Assembly: GCF_006345805.1 (NCBI RefSeq)
Contig: NW_021836181.1
Location: 1 to 24,588 of the forward strand
Length of the DNA: 24,588 bases
Source of the DNA: Octopus sinensis
Taxonomy: Eukaryota
Reading direction: 5' to 3'
Shown: piece after piece, positions 9,531-19,384 of the stretch
Layout: each line of letters opens with the position of its first letter
Numbering within the stretch: position 1 is the first letter of the stretch
Made by a program: the position numbers and the translations under genes
Notes under the pieces: generated by a model
Database searches by the model: none
What the model was told of the DNA's origin: nothing
What the model saw: the letters and a program-made list of their open reading frames with translations, nothing else

Positions 9531-9602
9531 AACAACAAACAAGATGAGGACAAATGTCCATCAAATATAAATAATGTAAATAATGTAAGTAACGTACACA
9601 CT

Positions 9603-9830
9603 ATTAAGCCTTTTACTAAAGAAATCAGATATATTCACTCAAAATTTCATTACTCTGAACTGCAAAAAGCAATCTTATGTACCAATCTAAATTTTGTTGA
9701 AGAATGTCATGTCTGAAAGAATTTTCTGTTGAGATATATCGACTTTATTCTGGCAACGTGACTTACAGGAAAAAAAGCAATTCTATTTAACGTTTTCAAT
9801 GGAATAACCATGGAATTTAATTTTGCAGCT
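9603..9830 (+). repeat. Old diverged direct repeat, copy 1 (partner at ~10434-10670)
   Basis: Shared colinear anchors: AATCAGATATA, CACTCAA, AATGTCA, AATTTTCTGTTGAGATA, GGCAACGTGACTT, CAATTCTATT. Confidence 0.7.
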
Positions 9831-9909
9831 GAAAGCTTAAATCAACTCTAGTACTTAACTATTACTTTATATAAACCAATGAAGGGGCCACTAGGTAGTC
9901 TTAATCTTC

Positions 9910-10394
9910 TCTTTTACTCTTTTACTCTTTTACTTGTTTCAGTCATTTGACTGCGGCCATGCTGGAGCACCGCCTTTAGTCGAGCAAATCGACCCCGGGA
10001 CTTATTCTTTGTAAGCTTAGTACTTATTCTGTCAGTCTCTATTGCCGAACCCCTAAGTTACGGGTCGTAAACACACAACCATCGGTTGTCAAGCGAAGTT
10101 GTTGGGGGGGACAAACACAGACACACAAACATACACACACACATACATACATATATATATAAATGGCGGTGCCCCAGCATGGCCACAGCTCATGAGCTGA
10201 AACTAGAATCAATCAATCAATCAATCATATATACATATATAAGACAGGCTTCTTTCAGTTTCCGTCTACCAAATCCACTCACAAGGCTTTGGTCGGCCCG
10301 GGGCTATAGTAGAAGACACTTGCCCAAGTGGGACTGAACCCGGAACCATGTGGTTGGTAAGCAAACTACTTACCACACAGCCACTCCTACGCCT
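9910..10394 (-). mobile_element. SINE family B, near full length
   Basis: 3' module ~9910-10130, CA/TA tract, head ~10240-10394. Confidence 0.85.
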
Positions 10395-10433
10395 ATTATA
10401 ATTCCATCTACCCCTAAGATGTTTTATAGGAAA

Positions 10434-10670
10434 ATTAAGTCTTTCACTGCCGTAATCAGATATACATCCACTCAAGATTTTATTCCTCTTGACTGCAGAA
10501 AACAGTTTTATATCGTAATCTACCTTTTGTTAAGCAATGTCACGTTTGAAATAATTTTCTGTTGAGATACATCAAGTTTACTAAGGCAACGTGACTTGTA
10601 GAAAATACCAATTCTATTCTTTGGTAGATATTTAACATCATTACTGGAATAATAATGAAATTTAATTCAG
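10434..10670 (+). repeat. Old diverged direct repeat, copy 2
   Basis: See 9603-9830. Confidence 0.7.
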
Positions 10671-10733
10671 TACCCAAAGGGTAAATGAATCGTTCTCTTT
10701 TTTATTTTATTTTTTTCTCTCCTTTCTTTCAAG

Positions 10734-10951
10734 TTATCGAACAGTGTGATGACGTCAACAAAATAATTGGATTAAGCACGTTTGATGACGAAGGAAGCCC
10801 TTACTACGATGTGTTCGGCGCCGAATGGAGAACCGTATGTGGAAAACAGGCTGGAAGTGTAGTAGGTAACGGGACCAGGCGAAACCCTTATAAAATTTGG
10901 GTCAATATATACAAAGGGCCGGCCTTTCAGGAACCTCAATGCGGTGTTAAG
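10734..10951 (+). CDS. ZP-N-like domain 1, N-terminal exon
   Basis: Strong pyrimidine tract plus AAG (10731-33); phase 1 to 0. Reads (F)IEQCDDVNKIIGLSTFDDEGSPYYDVFGAEWRTVCGKQAGSVVGNGTRRNPYKIWVNIYKGPAFQEPQCGVK; donor AAG/GTAATG. Confidence 0.8.
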
Positions 10952-11145
10952 GTAATGTCTGGCGGGTCCATATTTCTTTGTTTGTTTGTTTGGACGAGTT
11001 CATTCTTTATTTTGAATCAGTGAAGGGCGTTGCGTGGGTTGGGTATCTTTTAGTCAAAGGGGGGGGTGAAAGTTTTATGTGGCCCTTAAAACTGGTGTGA
11101 AATGGGGGAGGAAAGTATCTTCAAGCCATGGACCTAGCCCGAAAA

Positions 11146-11255
11146 TTGCATCACCATCATCACCATCATCACTACCACCACCATCATCATCATCGTTGTC
11201 ATCAACATCACCACCATCACATCGTCGTCGTCGTCATCATCATCACCATCACCAC

Positions 11256-11290
<35 letters not shown>

Positions 11291-11439
11291 CCATCATCAT
11301 CATCACCATCATCATCATCACCATCATCATATCATCATCATCATCATCATCACCACCATCATCATCACCACAATCATCATCATCGTCGTTGTCGTCATCA
11401 TCATCATCATCGTCGTTGTCGTCATCGTCATCGTCATCG

Positions 11440-11470
<31 letters not shown>

Positions 11471-11540
11471 CATCATCACCATCACCATCACCATCATCAT
11501 CATCATCATCACCATCATCATCATCACCATCACCATCATC

Positions 11541-11572
<32 letters not shown>

Positions 11573-11602
11573 CACCATCATCATCACCACCATCATCATC
11601 AC

Positions 11603-11656
<54 letters not shown>

Positions 11657-11681
11657 CATCATCATCACCATCACCATCATC

Positions 11682-11736
<55 letters not shown>

Positions 11737-11885
11737 CCATCACCATCATCATCATCATCATCACCATCATCATCATCAGCATTATCATCATCACCACCAC
11801 CATCATCATCATCATCATCACCATCATCATCACCACCATCATCATCACCACCATCATCATCATCGTCGTCGTCGCCGTCTTCATC
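11146..11885. repeat. Very long (ATC)n/(ACC)n trinucleotide tract
   Basis: Directly visible; gives spurious poly-H/I/S/M ORFs. Confidence 0.95.
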
Positions 11886-12009
11886 ATCAACGCCTGGACA
11901 TTACTTCTGCAGTCCCATGACACATAAAGACCGGTTACCCGGTTTCCACCTCGCGTAAATGACCGACATTATAACATCACCCACCGCCATCCTTACCCGA
12001 ACAGGACAC

Positions 12010-12179
12010 CAGTCTCTGTCACAGGGTTTACTCATTTACAGCTGAGTGGACTGGGGCAACGTGAAACGAAGTGTTTTGCTGAAGGACATAATTCTCCGTC
12101 CGGTCCCGGAATTGAAACCGCGACCTTGCGATCGAAACGTGAATACAATACTCTAACCACCCACGCCACGCGCTTTCAC
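12010..12179 (-). mobile_element. tRNA-derived SINE family F, diverged
   Basis: Reverse strand GTGAAAGCGCGTGGCGTGGGTGGTTAG...GGTTTCAATTCC...GTCCTTCAGCAAAACACTT; related to 19385-19572. Confidence 0.6.
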
Positions 12180-12349
12180 AATATTTGTCCGGGAATTAAC
12201 ACTGGTAAATGTCCCCCCACCCCACCCCCACCCCGGGTGCCTGATGGCTGGTGTTAAATCTGGCTACAAATTATGTCCAATCACCCGTAGAGGCCATGGC
12301 GGGATTTAAACTCAGAAGTCAAAGAGTCGAGATAGACCTCGGCGCTGGC

Positions 12350-12517
12350 AAAGGTTGTGCGTGTGTGTGTGTGTATACGTGTGTTTGTATACGTGTGCGT
12401 GTGCGTACGTGTGTGTGTCTGTGTGTGTATGCGTGTAAACGTAGATTGTTTAATGTCGAAGTATATATACATATATATTACATATATATATATATATTTG
12501 TACATATATATATATTT

Positions 12518-12554
<37 letters not shown>

Positions 12555-12605
12555 TATATATACATATATATATATAATATATAGTATATATATATATATG
12601 CGTGA
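12350..12605. repeat. (TG)n/(TA)n compound microsatellite
   Basis: Directly visible. Confidence 0.9.
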
Positions 12606-13270
12606 TTGCATGTATATGTGACCACATGGTTCTGGGTTCAATCCCACTGTGTGGCACCTTTGGCAAGTGTCTTCTACTATAGCCCCGCAAGTGTATATGT
12701 CTCTTTTGGAAAAAAAAAACGACGTGTGTCTTATAACTTAGCAGACCGACAAACCGATTTCAATAGAATAAGAACCAAACTTGAAACCAAGTCCTGGCGT
12801 TGATGCTATCGATCGACTAAAACAAAACAAAAAACAAAAATAAAATCTTCAAAGCGTTGCTCCAGCATAGCCGCATTCCACCCACAGACAGGAGCAAGCG
12901 GATACGTTGTATTTTCCTGGAAGAGTTATTTTCCTTAATCCTCTTGAACATTCCTTTTTACCACTCAGCGTAGGTGTTTGTTTTAATTTCCCATTCCATT
13001 TGTATATTCTACGTTAGTGACCCCCACCTCTCTCTCTTAACCAAACTACGTGATCTGGTGTCAAATCCTAGTTTTAATCTAAATGAAAGAAGCAGAAGAC
13101 ACAAAGGAGGAAATTGCTTCCCTTATACATCAATGGCTATTCAGCTGTTGTGGTCTTTAATTTCCTTTTCCTTCATCACGTAAAGCTTTCCGTATTCTCC
13201 GTTCGTACTCAACGTTGTGTTTTTCTCAACAACTGGTTGTTTGCAAAAGTTATTTTAACCTAACCTTTAA

Positions 13271-14284
13271 GGCGGCGAGATGGCAGACACGTTAGCACGT
13301 CGGGCGAAATGCTTAGCGGTATTTCGTCTGCCGTTACGTTGTGAGTTCAAATTCCGCCGAGGTTGACTTTGCCTTTCATCCTTTCGGGGTCGATTAAATT
13401 AAGTACCAGTTACACACTGGAGTCGATGTAATCGACTTAATCCATTCGTCAGTCCTTGTTTGTCCCCTTTGTGTTTAGCCCCTTGTGGGTAGTAAAGAAA
13501 TAGGTATTTCGTCTGCCGTTACGTTCTGAGTTCAAATTCCGCCGAGGTCGACTTTACCTTTCATCCTTTCGGGGTCGATTAAATAAGTACCAGTTACGCA
13601 CTGGGGTCGATGTAATCGACTTAATCCATTCGTCTGTCCTTGTTTGTCCCCTCTTTGTTTAGCTCCTTGTGGGTAGTAAAGAAATCGGTATTTCGTCTGC
13701 CGTTACGTTCAGAGTTCAAATTCCACCGAGGTTGACATTACCTTTCATCCTTTCGGGGTCGATTAAATAAGTACCAGTTATGCACTAGAGCCGATATAAT
13801 TGACTTAATCCGTTTGTCTGTCCTTGTTTGTCCTCTCTGTGTTTAGCCCCTTGTGGATAGTAAAGAAATAGGTATTTCGTCTGCCGTTACGTTCTGAGTT
13901 CAAATTCCGCCGAGGTCGACTTTACCTTTCATCCTTCGGGGTCGATTAAATAAGTACCAGTTACACACTGTGGTCGATGTAATCGACTTAATCCGTTGTC
14001 TGTCCTTGTTTGTCCTCTCTGTGTTTAGCCCCTTGTGGTTAGTAAGGATAGGTATTTCGTCTGCCGTTACGTTCCTGATTTCAAATTCCGCCGAGGTCGA
14101 CTTTACCTTCATCCTTTCGGAGTCGATTAAATAAGTACCAGTTACGCACTGGGGCCGATATAATCGACTTAATCCGTTTGTCTGTCCTTGTTTGTTCCTC
14201 TCTGTGTTTAGCCCCTTGTGGGTAGTAAAGAAATAGGTATTTCATCTGCCATTACATTCTGAGTTCAAATTCCGCCGAGGTCGG
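13271..14284 (+). mobile_element. SINE family A: one tRNA head followed by five full ~184-bp core+alpha units and a truncated sixth
   Basis: Unit starts (GGTATTTC) at 13318, 13503, 13687, 13871, 14051 and 14236. Confidence 0.9.
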
Positions 14285-14549
14285 TTATTATTTAAGGCTG
14301 TTTTGTAAGGTCTTCCTTACTTTTGTTGCAAAATATGCAGCAGTCGTCCAGGAATTTTCTGCGACAGTACAGACACACTCCAAGGTGCCTAGAAGAGAGA
14401 CTGAACCGGAAACCGCTTTTGTTGCGCAGCTGTTAACTTGCCAGCAACACCTGTTTTCTTTTAAATCTCTTAAGATTCTTCCGTCCAGGAATTCTTCAAA
14501 ATGGTAAATAGAATCTTTATATTTTATTTTTATGTTTTGGAATATTTAG

Positions 14550-14699
14550 AGAATTGGTATAAACGTGTTCGAGTTGAGTGTGAAGTTTATCAAAACCTGC
14601 GAGAGACCATCAATTAGTGACAACCTCTATAGAGTTGTTTGTCAGTTAAACAACGTTCCGAAGACACACACAATTAACCGGATTCGGCCCCCAAACCAG
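14550..14699 (+). CDS. ZP-N-like domain 1, C-terminal exon plus linker
   Basis: T-rich tract plus TAG (14547-49); phase 0 to 0. Reads RIGINVFELSVKFIKTCERPSISDNLYRVVCQLNNVPKTHTINRIRPPNQ; donor CAG/GTAAAC. Confidence 0.75.
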
Positions 14700-14756
14700 G
14701 TAAACACACAAAAAAAACATAATTTCTTCGACGCTTTGCTCTTAAAGAGAATCGTG

Positions 14757-15160
14757 ATTGTTGTTGTTGTTATTGCTGTTGCTGTTGAGCGTAGCGGTTT
14801 TCGTCCCAGAGTGGGAGAAGTCCGAAACGTGGTCCTTTGCTATTCGTAAGACCCGCAGAAGAGAAAGCAGGTCAACCTCCCCCCCTTCCCCCCGACACCG
14901 AGAGCCTTCGACGGATGGATGAATGCGCATCCAGGCTCAGCGGTTGCGTAGGAAGTCGGGGGACAAGAAACAGGAAGAAAGAGTGAGAGAAAGTTGGAGC
15001 AAAAGAGTACAACAGGGCGTCGCCATCACCCCCTGCCGGAGCCTCGTGGAGCTTTAGGTGTTTTCGCTCAATAAACACACACAACGTCCGGTCTGGGAAT
15101 CGAAACCGTGATCCACCGACCGCGAGTCCGCTGCCCTAACCACTGGGCCATTGCGACTCC
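14757..15160 (-). mobile_element. SINE family C head with alternative tail type ii
   Basis: ~14965-15160 is the reverse of the C head/body. ~14790-14960 is unrelated to tail i and ends in an (AAC)n tract. Confidence 0.75.
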
Positions 15161-15164
15161 TTGT

Positions 15165-15659
15165 TGTTGCTGCTGTTCTTTCTTCTTCCAATCAGGACCC
15201 ACGCAATTAGCCACAAAGAATAATCTCTAATTCGAGCCTACTCCCAGCTACTAAGAATGCGTGTGGCAACTTGAAGATCCACCCACCACACGCGATAGAC
15301 TGGCGGTTGCACGGGAGCGAAATTTACGTTGCTATCCTCATTCCGTAAACGGTTACTTTTAACGGGTGGAGAGCTGAACCATCCTGGGTACAGAGGATTC
15401 GCAATCTAGACTAGAGTCTGAAAGTTTACCACACCATTGCGGGTTACACCACGGTCCCTCTGCTTTGTGGAAGAAGTAGGAAGAAAGAGTGAAAGAGTGG
15501 TGAAAGAGTACAGCGGGTTTCACCCCCTCCCGCCGGAGCCTCGTTGAGCTTAGGTGTTTTAGCTCAATAAACACTCACAATACCCTGTCTGGGAATCGAA
15601 ACCGCGTTCTTACGACCGCGAGTCCGCTGCCCTAACCACTGGGCCATTGCGCCTCCACT
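15165..15659 (-). mobile_element. SINE family C head with alternative tail type iii (left boundary uncertain)
   Basis: ~15475-15659 is the reverse of the C head/body; downstream sequence matches neither tail i nor tail ii. Confidence 0.6.
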
Positions 15660-15859
15660 TGTTGTTTTTGTTGTATTGGGTTGTTATTGTTTTGCTCCAG
15701 TTGTGCCTTCATGTTTCAGTTCACCTGTGACAACTCACACCTATTTGTATATAAGGGCCTTGAGTGACTAAAAGCACAAGATCCTTCACAGAACGGGTCG
15801 CCAGTTGGTTGCAGAGTAAATTCCCCCAGATGGGGCTGCCACGCGTTTTCTGAGTAAAC

Positions 15860-15965
15860 CGAAGCAACGTAAATTGATGTACCTTGCTCAAGGACACAAA
15901 TCCTCAACCGGTCTAGGAATAGAACCCACGGTCCAGCAATGGCGAGTGCCACACTCGAACCAATA
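15860..15965 (-). mobile_element. Highly degenerate CORE-like SINE remnant
   Basis: Reverse strand GGGTTCTATTCC...TTGTGTCCTTGAGCAAGG. Confidence 0.4.
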
Positions 15966-16321
15966 GATTATCCGTCTTCACGGTCACCGAACCCATTTTA
16001 TGGAATTCACTTTGCAACAAGCATTCAAACCAGCTCTCTAGATTGGCAAAAACTTTCTCCCTCACCCTCACTCCTTCAGCCATTTGTCTTTACCAATCTT
16101 AAAATCCTAGCTGTCCCCAGCAGAGCAGTTTTAGGGGCTTGCTCTGCTCTCAGCCAATTCCAATTTCTTTGACATATTTCTCTTATTATTAAAACAGGCT
16201 AATAGCGTTACTCATCTTCATTTGTCTAAGCCATAACAAAACAGATTTCCTCTCTCCCTGATGAACCCCGTTATCCAGAAACAGTCATTAAAGTGATGCC
16301 ATGTTATTTGTCACCTGATAG

Positions 16322-16540
16322 GTTATTGCTAACGCCAGTCATGTGTGTCGGCCACCATCTACTCTAGAGTTCCACTATAGCCAGCAGTTCTTCATGCCAT
16401 TCGACATCTACGCCATAGAAGCCCGCAAAATGTGTTCCAAGTGCTCAGGATCGGGTCGAGGACGAGGATCCTATGATGACCCTTATATTTTAACTGTAGA
16501 TTTCAGTGACCCCAGACAGTGGTATGGTTGCCAAGGAACT
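16322..16540 (+). CDS. ZP-N-like domain 2, N-terminal exon
   Basis: Acceptor TAG at 16319-21; phase 0 to 0. Reads VIANASHVCRPPSTLEFHYSQQFFMPFDIYAIEARKMCSKCSGSGRGRGSYDDPYILTVDFSDPRQWYGCQGT; donor ACT/GTAAGT. Aligns with the 10734 exon (D..E.R..C.K..GS..G.G....PY...V...C). Confidence 0.8.
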
Positions 16541-16922
16541 GTAAGTATTACTTTCTTATCCTTTTCCTTCTACTTTTCCTACATCTTATTTACTTCTTCT
16601 ATGGCTATTTTTTATTTTTACATCCACCTTCTACACCTCCTTTTCCTTATTACTTAATCCTCAGATGACCTTAAAACCGCTTGTCTCATTCTTACTGATT
16701 TGACACAGATTCATTCTTATTCCTGGTAGGATATTTATGGGTAGGGGATTTCTACCTATAACCTTAGGTATCCAAACAAGCAGTAAATAGACGTTTAAGC
16801 GCTCAGAACCCTCTTGATAATCTTTCCTGTCCCTAAGACGCAAACTTTCTGTAGAAACTTTACAAGGCATTCTATTCCAATCTCCGTCAACCATTTGCCT
16901 ATACCTTTGCGTACAGTTCCCA

Positions 16923-16972
<50 letters not shown>

Positions 16973-17010
16973 TATTATTATTGTTGTTACTTTTATTATT
17001 ATTTTATTAT
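16923..17010. repeat. (ATT)n microsatellite
   Basis: Directly visible. Confidence 0.9.
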
Positions 17011-17048
17011 TTTTAAAAGAATTGACGTAACTCTTCGCAAAGGTAAAC

Positions 17049-17269
17049 AGTCAAGACAAAGAGCGTGATTCCATTTTAATAGATGTTTTATTGGTTGAAC
17101 GATATTTCGACAGTAATTCTGCGCTTCTCAAATCCAAAACAAGAGGTGATAACAATTTTTAATTGTTAACACCTCTTATTTTGAATTTGAGAAACACAGA
17201 ATTACTGTCGAAATACCGTTCAGCTAACAAAACATCCATTACAATAGAATCGCGATCTTTGCTTTGACT
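17049..17269. repeat. 221-bp foldback: two 109-bp inverted arms around a 3-nt loop (MITE-like palindrome)
   Basis: Arms 17049-17157 and 17161-17269 align without indels; the inner 80 bp has 10 mismatches by hand count. Confidence 0.9.
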
Positions 17270-17290
17270 ATTATTAGTATTATTATTATT

Positions 17291-17784
17291 GAGTGAGAGA
17301 GCAGTGCATGCCATCAAAGTGACACTGGGGTTAAAATATACAAAGCCCAGTATACCCATCATGACTACCCGTCTGATAAGGGTACACCAGGCACATGCAT
17401 CACAACCATATGTGCGCGACATGGTGATCTCATAACAAGATAAACAGCGCATGACCTTAGAATTTTCTTTTGGTTGGGTAACCCATCCCACTCAAAAGGT
17501 CCCTGAATAAGGGTTGTTTAAGAATGCTGAATGAACCACCCATGTTCCCAAAGGTGAATTATTCAAACCCCAAAGAATTTCATCTCAACACATGGCTATG
17601 ATACTCCCCAACTACTTCTGATCATGATCAGAGATGCACATATCGTCATCCACTAAGGGACATGCTCAACTGGTTATGGTCAAACAACTGACAAGCAAAT
17701 CTGTGGTATTGAGCAGAATATTTGCTATAGCCCGTCTTTTATACCAAGACAAAACAATGTACATGATAACACTTCCAATCAGTT
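17291..17784. repeat. Unclassified interspersed repeat (family E), copy 1, flanked by (TTA)n
   Basis: 17422-17784 is repeated at 17878-18256. Confidence 0.75.
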
Positions 17785-17877
17785 CCAATCATCATTATTA
17801 TTATTACTATTATTATTCAGTAGTCTTATTTTTACCACGTGCTTTCCCTGTACTACTGAGCGCCGCTGTGTATGCCT

Positions 17878-18256
17878 TGGTGATCTCATAACAAGATAAA
17901 CAGCGCATGACCTTGCGGGTGGGGCCCAGTTAGAATTTTCTTCTGGTTGGGTAACCCATCCCACTCAAAAGGTCCCTGATTAAGGGTTGTTTAAGGATGT
18001 TGAATGAAACACCTATGTTTCCAGAGATGAATCATTCAAACCCCAGAGAATCCCTCTCAACACATGGCTATGATGCTCCCCCACTACTTCTGCTCGTGAT
18101 CAGAGATGCACATATCGTCAGCCACTAAGGGACATGCTCAACTGGTTAAGGTCAAACAACTGACAAGCAAATCTGTGGTATTGAGCAGAATATTTGCTGT
18201 AGCCCATCTTTTATACCAAAACAAAACAACGTACATGATAACACTTCCAATCAGTT
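17878..18256. repeat. Unclassified repeat family E, copy 2 (left-truncated)
   Basis: Same right boundary (TTCCAATCAGTT) as copy 1; carries a short segment (GCGGGTGGGGCCCAGT) missing from copy 1. Confidence 0.75.
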
Positions 18257-18282
18257 TATTATTATTATTATTATTATTATTG

Positions 18283-18685
18283 AAGGCGGTGAGCTGGCAG
18301 AATCGTTAGCACGCCGGGCGAAATGCCTACCGGTAATTCGTCTGCCGCTACGTTGTGAGTTCAAATTCCGCCGAGGTCGACTTTGCCTTTCATCCTTTCG
18401 GGGTCGATTAAATAAGCACCAGTTACGCACTGGGGGTCGATGTAATCGACTTAATCCGTTTGTCTGTCCTTGTTTGTCCACTCAGTGTTTAGCCTCTTGT
18501 GGGTAGTAAAGAAATAGGAATTTTGTCTGCCGTTACGTACTGAGTTCAAATTTCGCCAAGGTCGACTTTGTCTTTCATCCTTTCGGAGTCGATAAATTAA
18601 GTACCAGTCAAATACTGGGTCGATGAGATCGACTGTCCCCCTCCTGACACAATCCAGACATCGTGCCTATAGTAGAAAGGATTAT
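18283..18685 (+). mobile_element. SINE family A, complete: head-core-alpha-core-beta followed by (ATT)n
   Basis: A-box TGGCAGAATCGTT, B-box GAGTTCAAATTCC, two core copies. Confidence 0.85.
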
Positions 18686-18765
18686 TATTATCATTATTAT
18701 TATTATTATTATTATTAATATTACTATTATTATTATTATTATTAATATTATTATTATATAATTAA

Positions 18766-18816
<51 letters not shown>

Positions 18817-18876
18817 TATTATTATTATTAATATTATTATTATTATTATTATTAATATTATTATTAATATAATTAA

Positions 18877-18945
<69 letters not shown>

Positions 18946-18947
18946 TA
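18686..18947. repeat. (ATT)n microsatellite
   Basis: Directly visible. Confidence 0.95.
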
Positions 18948-19189
18948 ATGCAGTATATGGGGATCGGACAATAAGCGTAAGCCAGTATTATCAACGATGA
19001 TTCCAGAAATTCCGAGCCGAAACCTATAGCCTCGAAGACGGGCTTCGTCCTGAAGGATCTGTAGTGCTCGACGAGGACGTCCTGCAAACCCTGACAGAAT
19101 TAAAAAAGTTCTGGTTCGATCTTTTCGACTAAACCCACCAAGGCGGTGCCGCATTCAAATGCCTGAAATAAGCAAAAAAAAAAGAATGA

Positions 19190-19207
19190 TAATATATATA
19201 TATCATA

Positions 19208-19247
<40 letters not shown>

Positions 19248-19380
19248 TATATATATGTATGGATGTATGTATGCATGTATGTATATACGTATGTATGTAT
19301 GTATGTATGTATGTATGTATGTATGTATGTATGTATGTATGTATGTATGTATGTATGTATGTATGTGTAAGTGTGTGTGT
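19190..19380. repeat. (TA)n/(TATG)n/(TG)n compound microsatellite
   Basis: Directly visible. Confidence 0.9.
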
Positions 19381-19384
19381 GCGT

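Larger units (their letters stand above)
8601..9590 (+). repeat. Five-unit tandem array (periods 222, 204, 220, 207 bp) of a hammerhead-containing unit separated by (AAT)n; retrozyme/Penelope terminal-repeat-like
   Basis: Cores CTGA(T/A)GA start at 8637, 8859, 9063, 9283 and 9490. Length variation is mostly in the (AAT)n spacer. Confidence 0.9.

Noticed and set aside
8489-9542. Minus-strand ORFs of 253 and 127 aa with repeated YLRCEELC motifs
   Set aside because: Antisense read-through of the hammerhead tandem array and (ATT)n; no independent coding signal.
8601-9590. Possible CRISPR-like array
   Set aside because: Repeat units are ~170 bp, spacers are simple (AAT)n, there are no cas genes, and the context is eukaryotic.
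10745-10951. Downstream CAG acceptor as the primary start of the exon
   Set aside because: The micro-exon at 8398-8419 reconciles phases with the first AG at 10732-33. Kept only as a possible alternative acceptor.
11079-11958. 282, 276 and 198 aa poly-His/Ile/Ser/Met ORFs
   Set aside because: (ATC)n microsatellite lacks stops in several frames.
13271-13360. tRNA gene candidates at SINE heads (also 5717, 7209, 18283, 23768)
   Set aside because: A/B boxes are present but no intact cloverleaf is evident, and each continues into a repeated SINE body.
14815-14875. GAAAC-GTG-GTC followed by CAGAAGA, resembling a permuted hammerhead
   Set aside because: Core is CAGAAGA rather than CUGANGA, and no stem I or stem II pairing could be built.
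18105-18130. CTGACGA on the minus strand (also near 20440; CTGAGGA near 16657)
   Set aside because: No downstream stem II-GAAAC-NUH arrangement.
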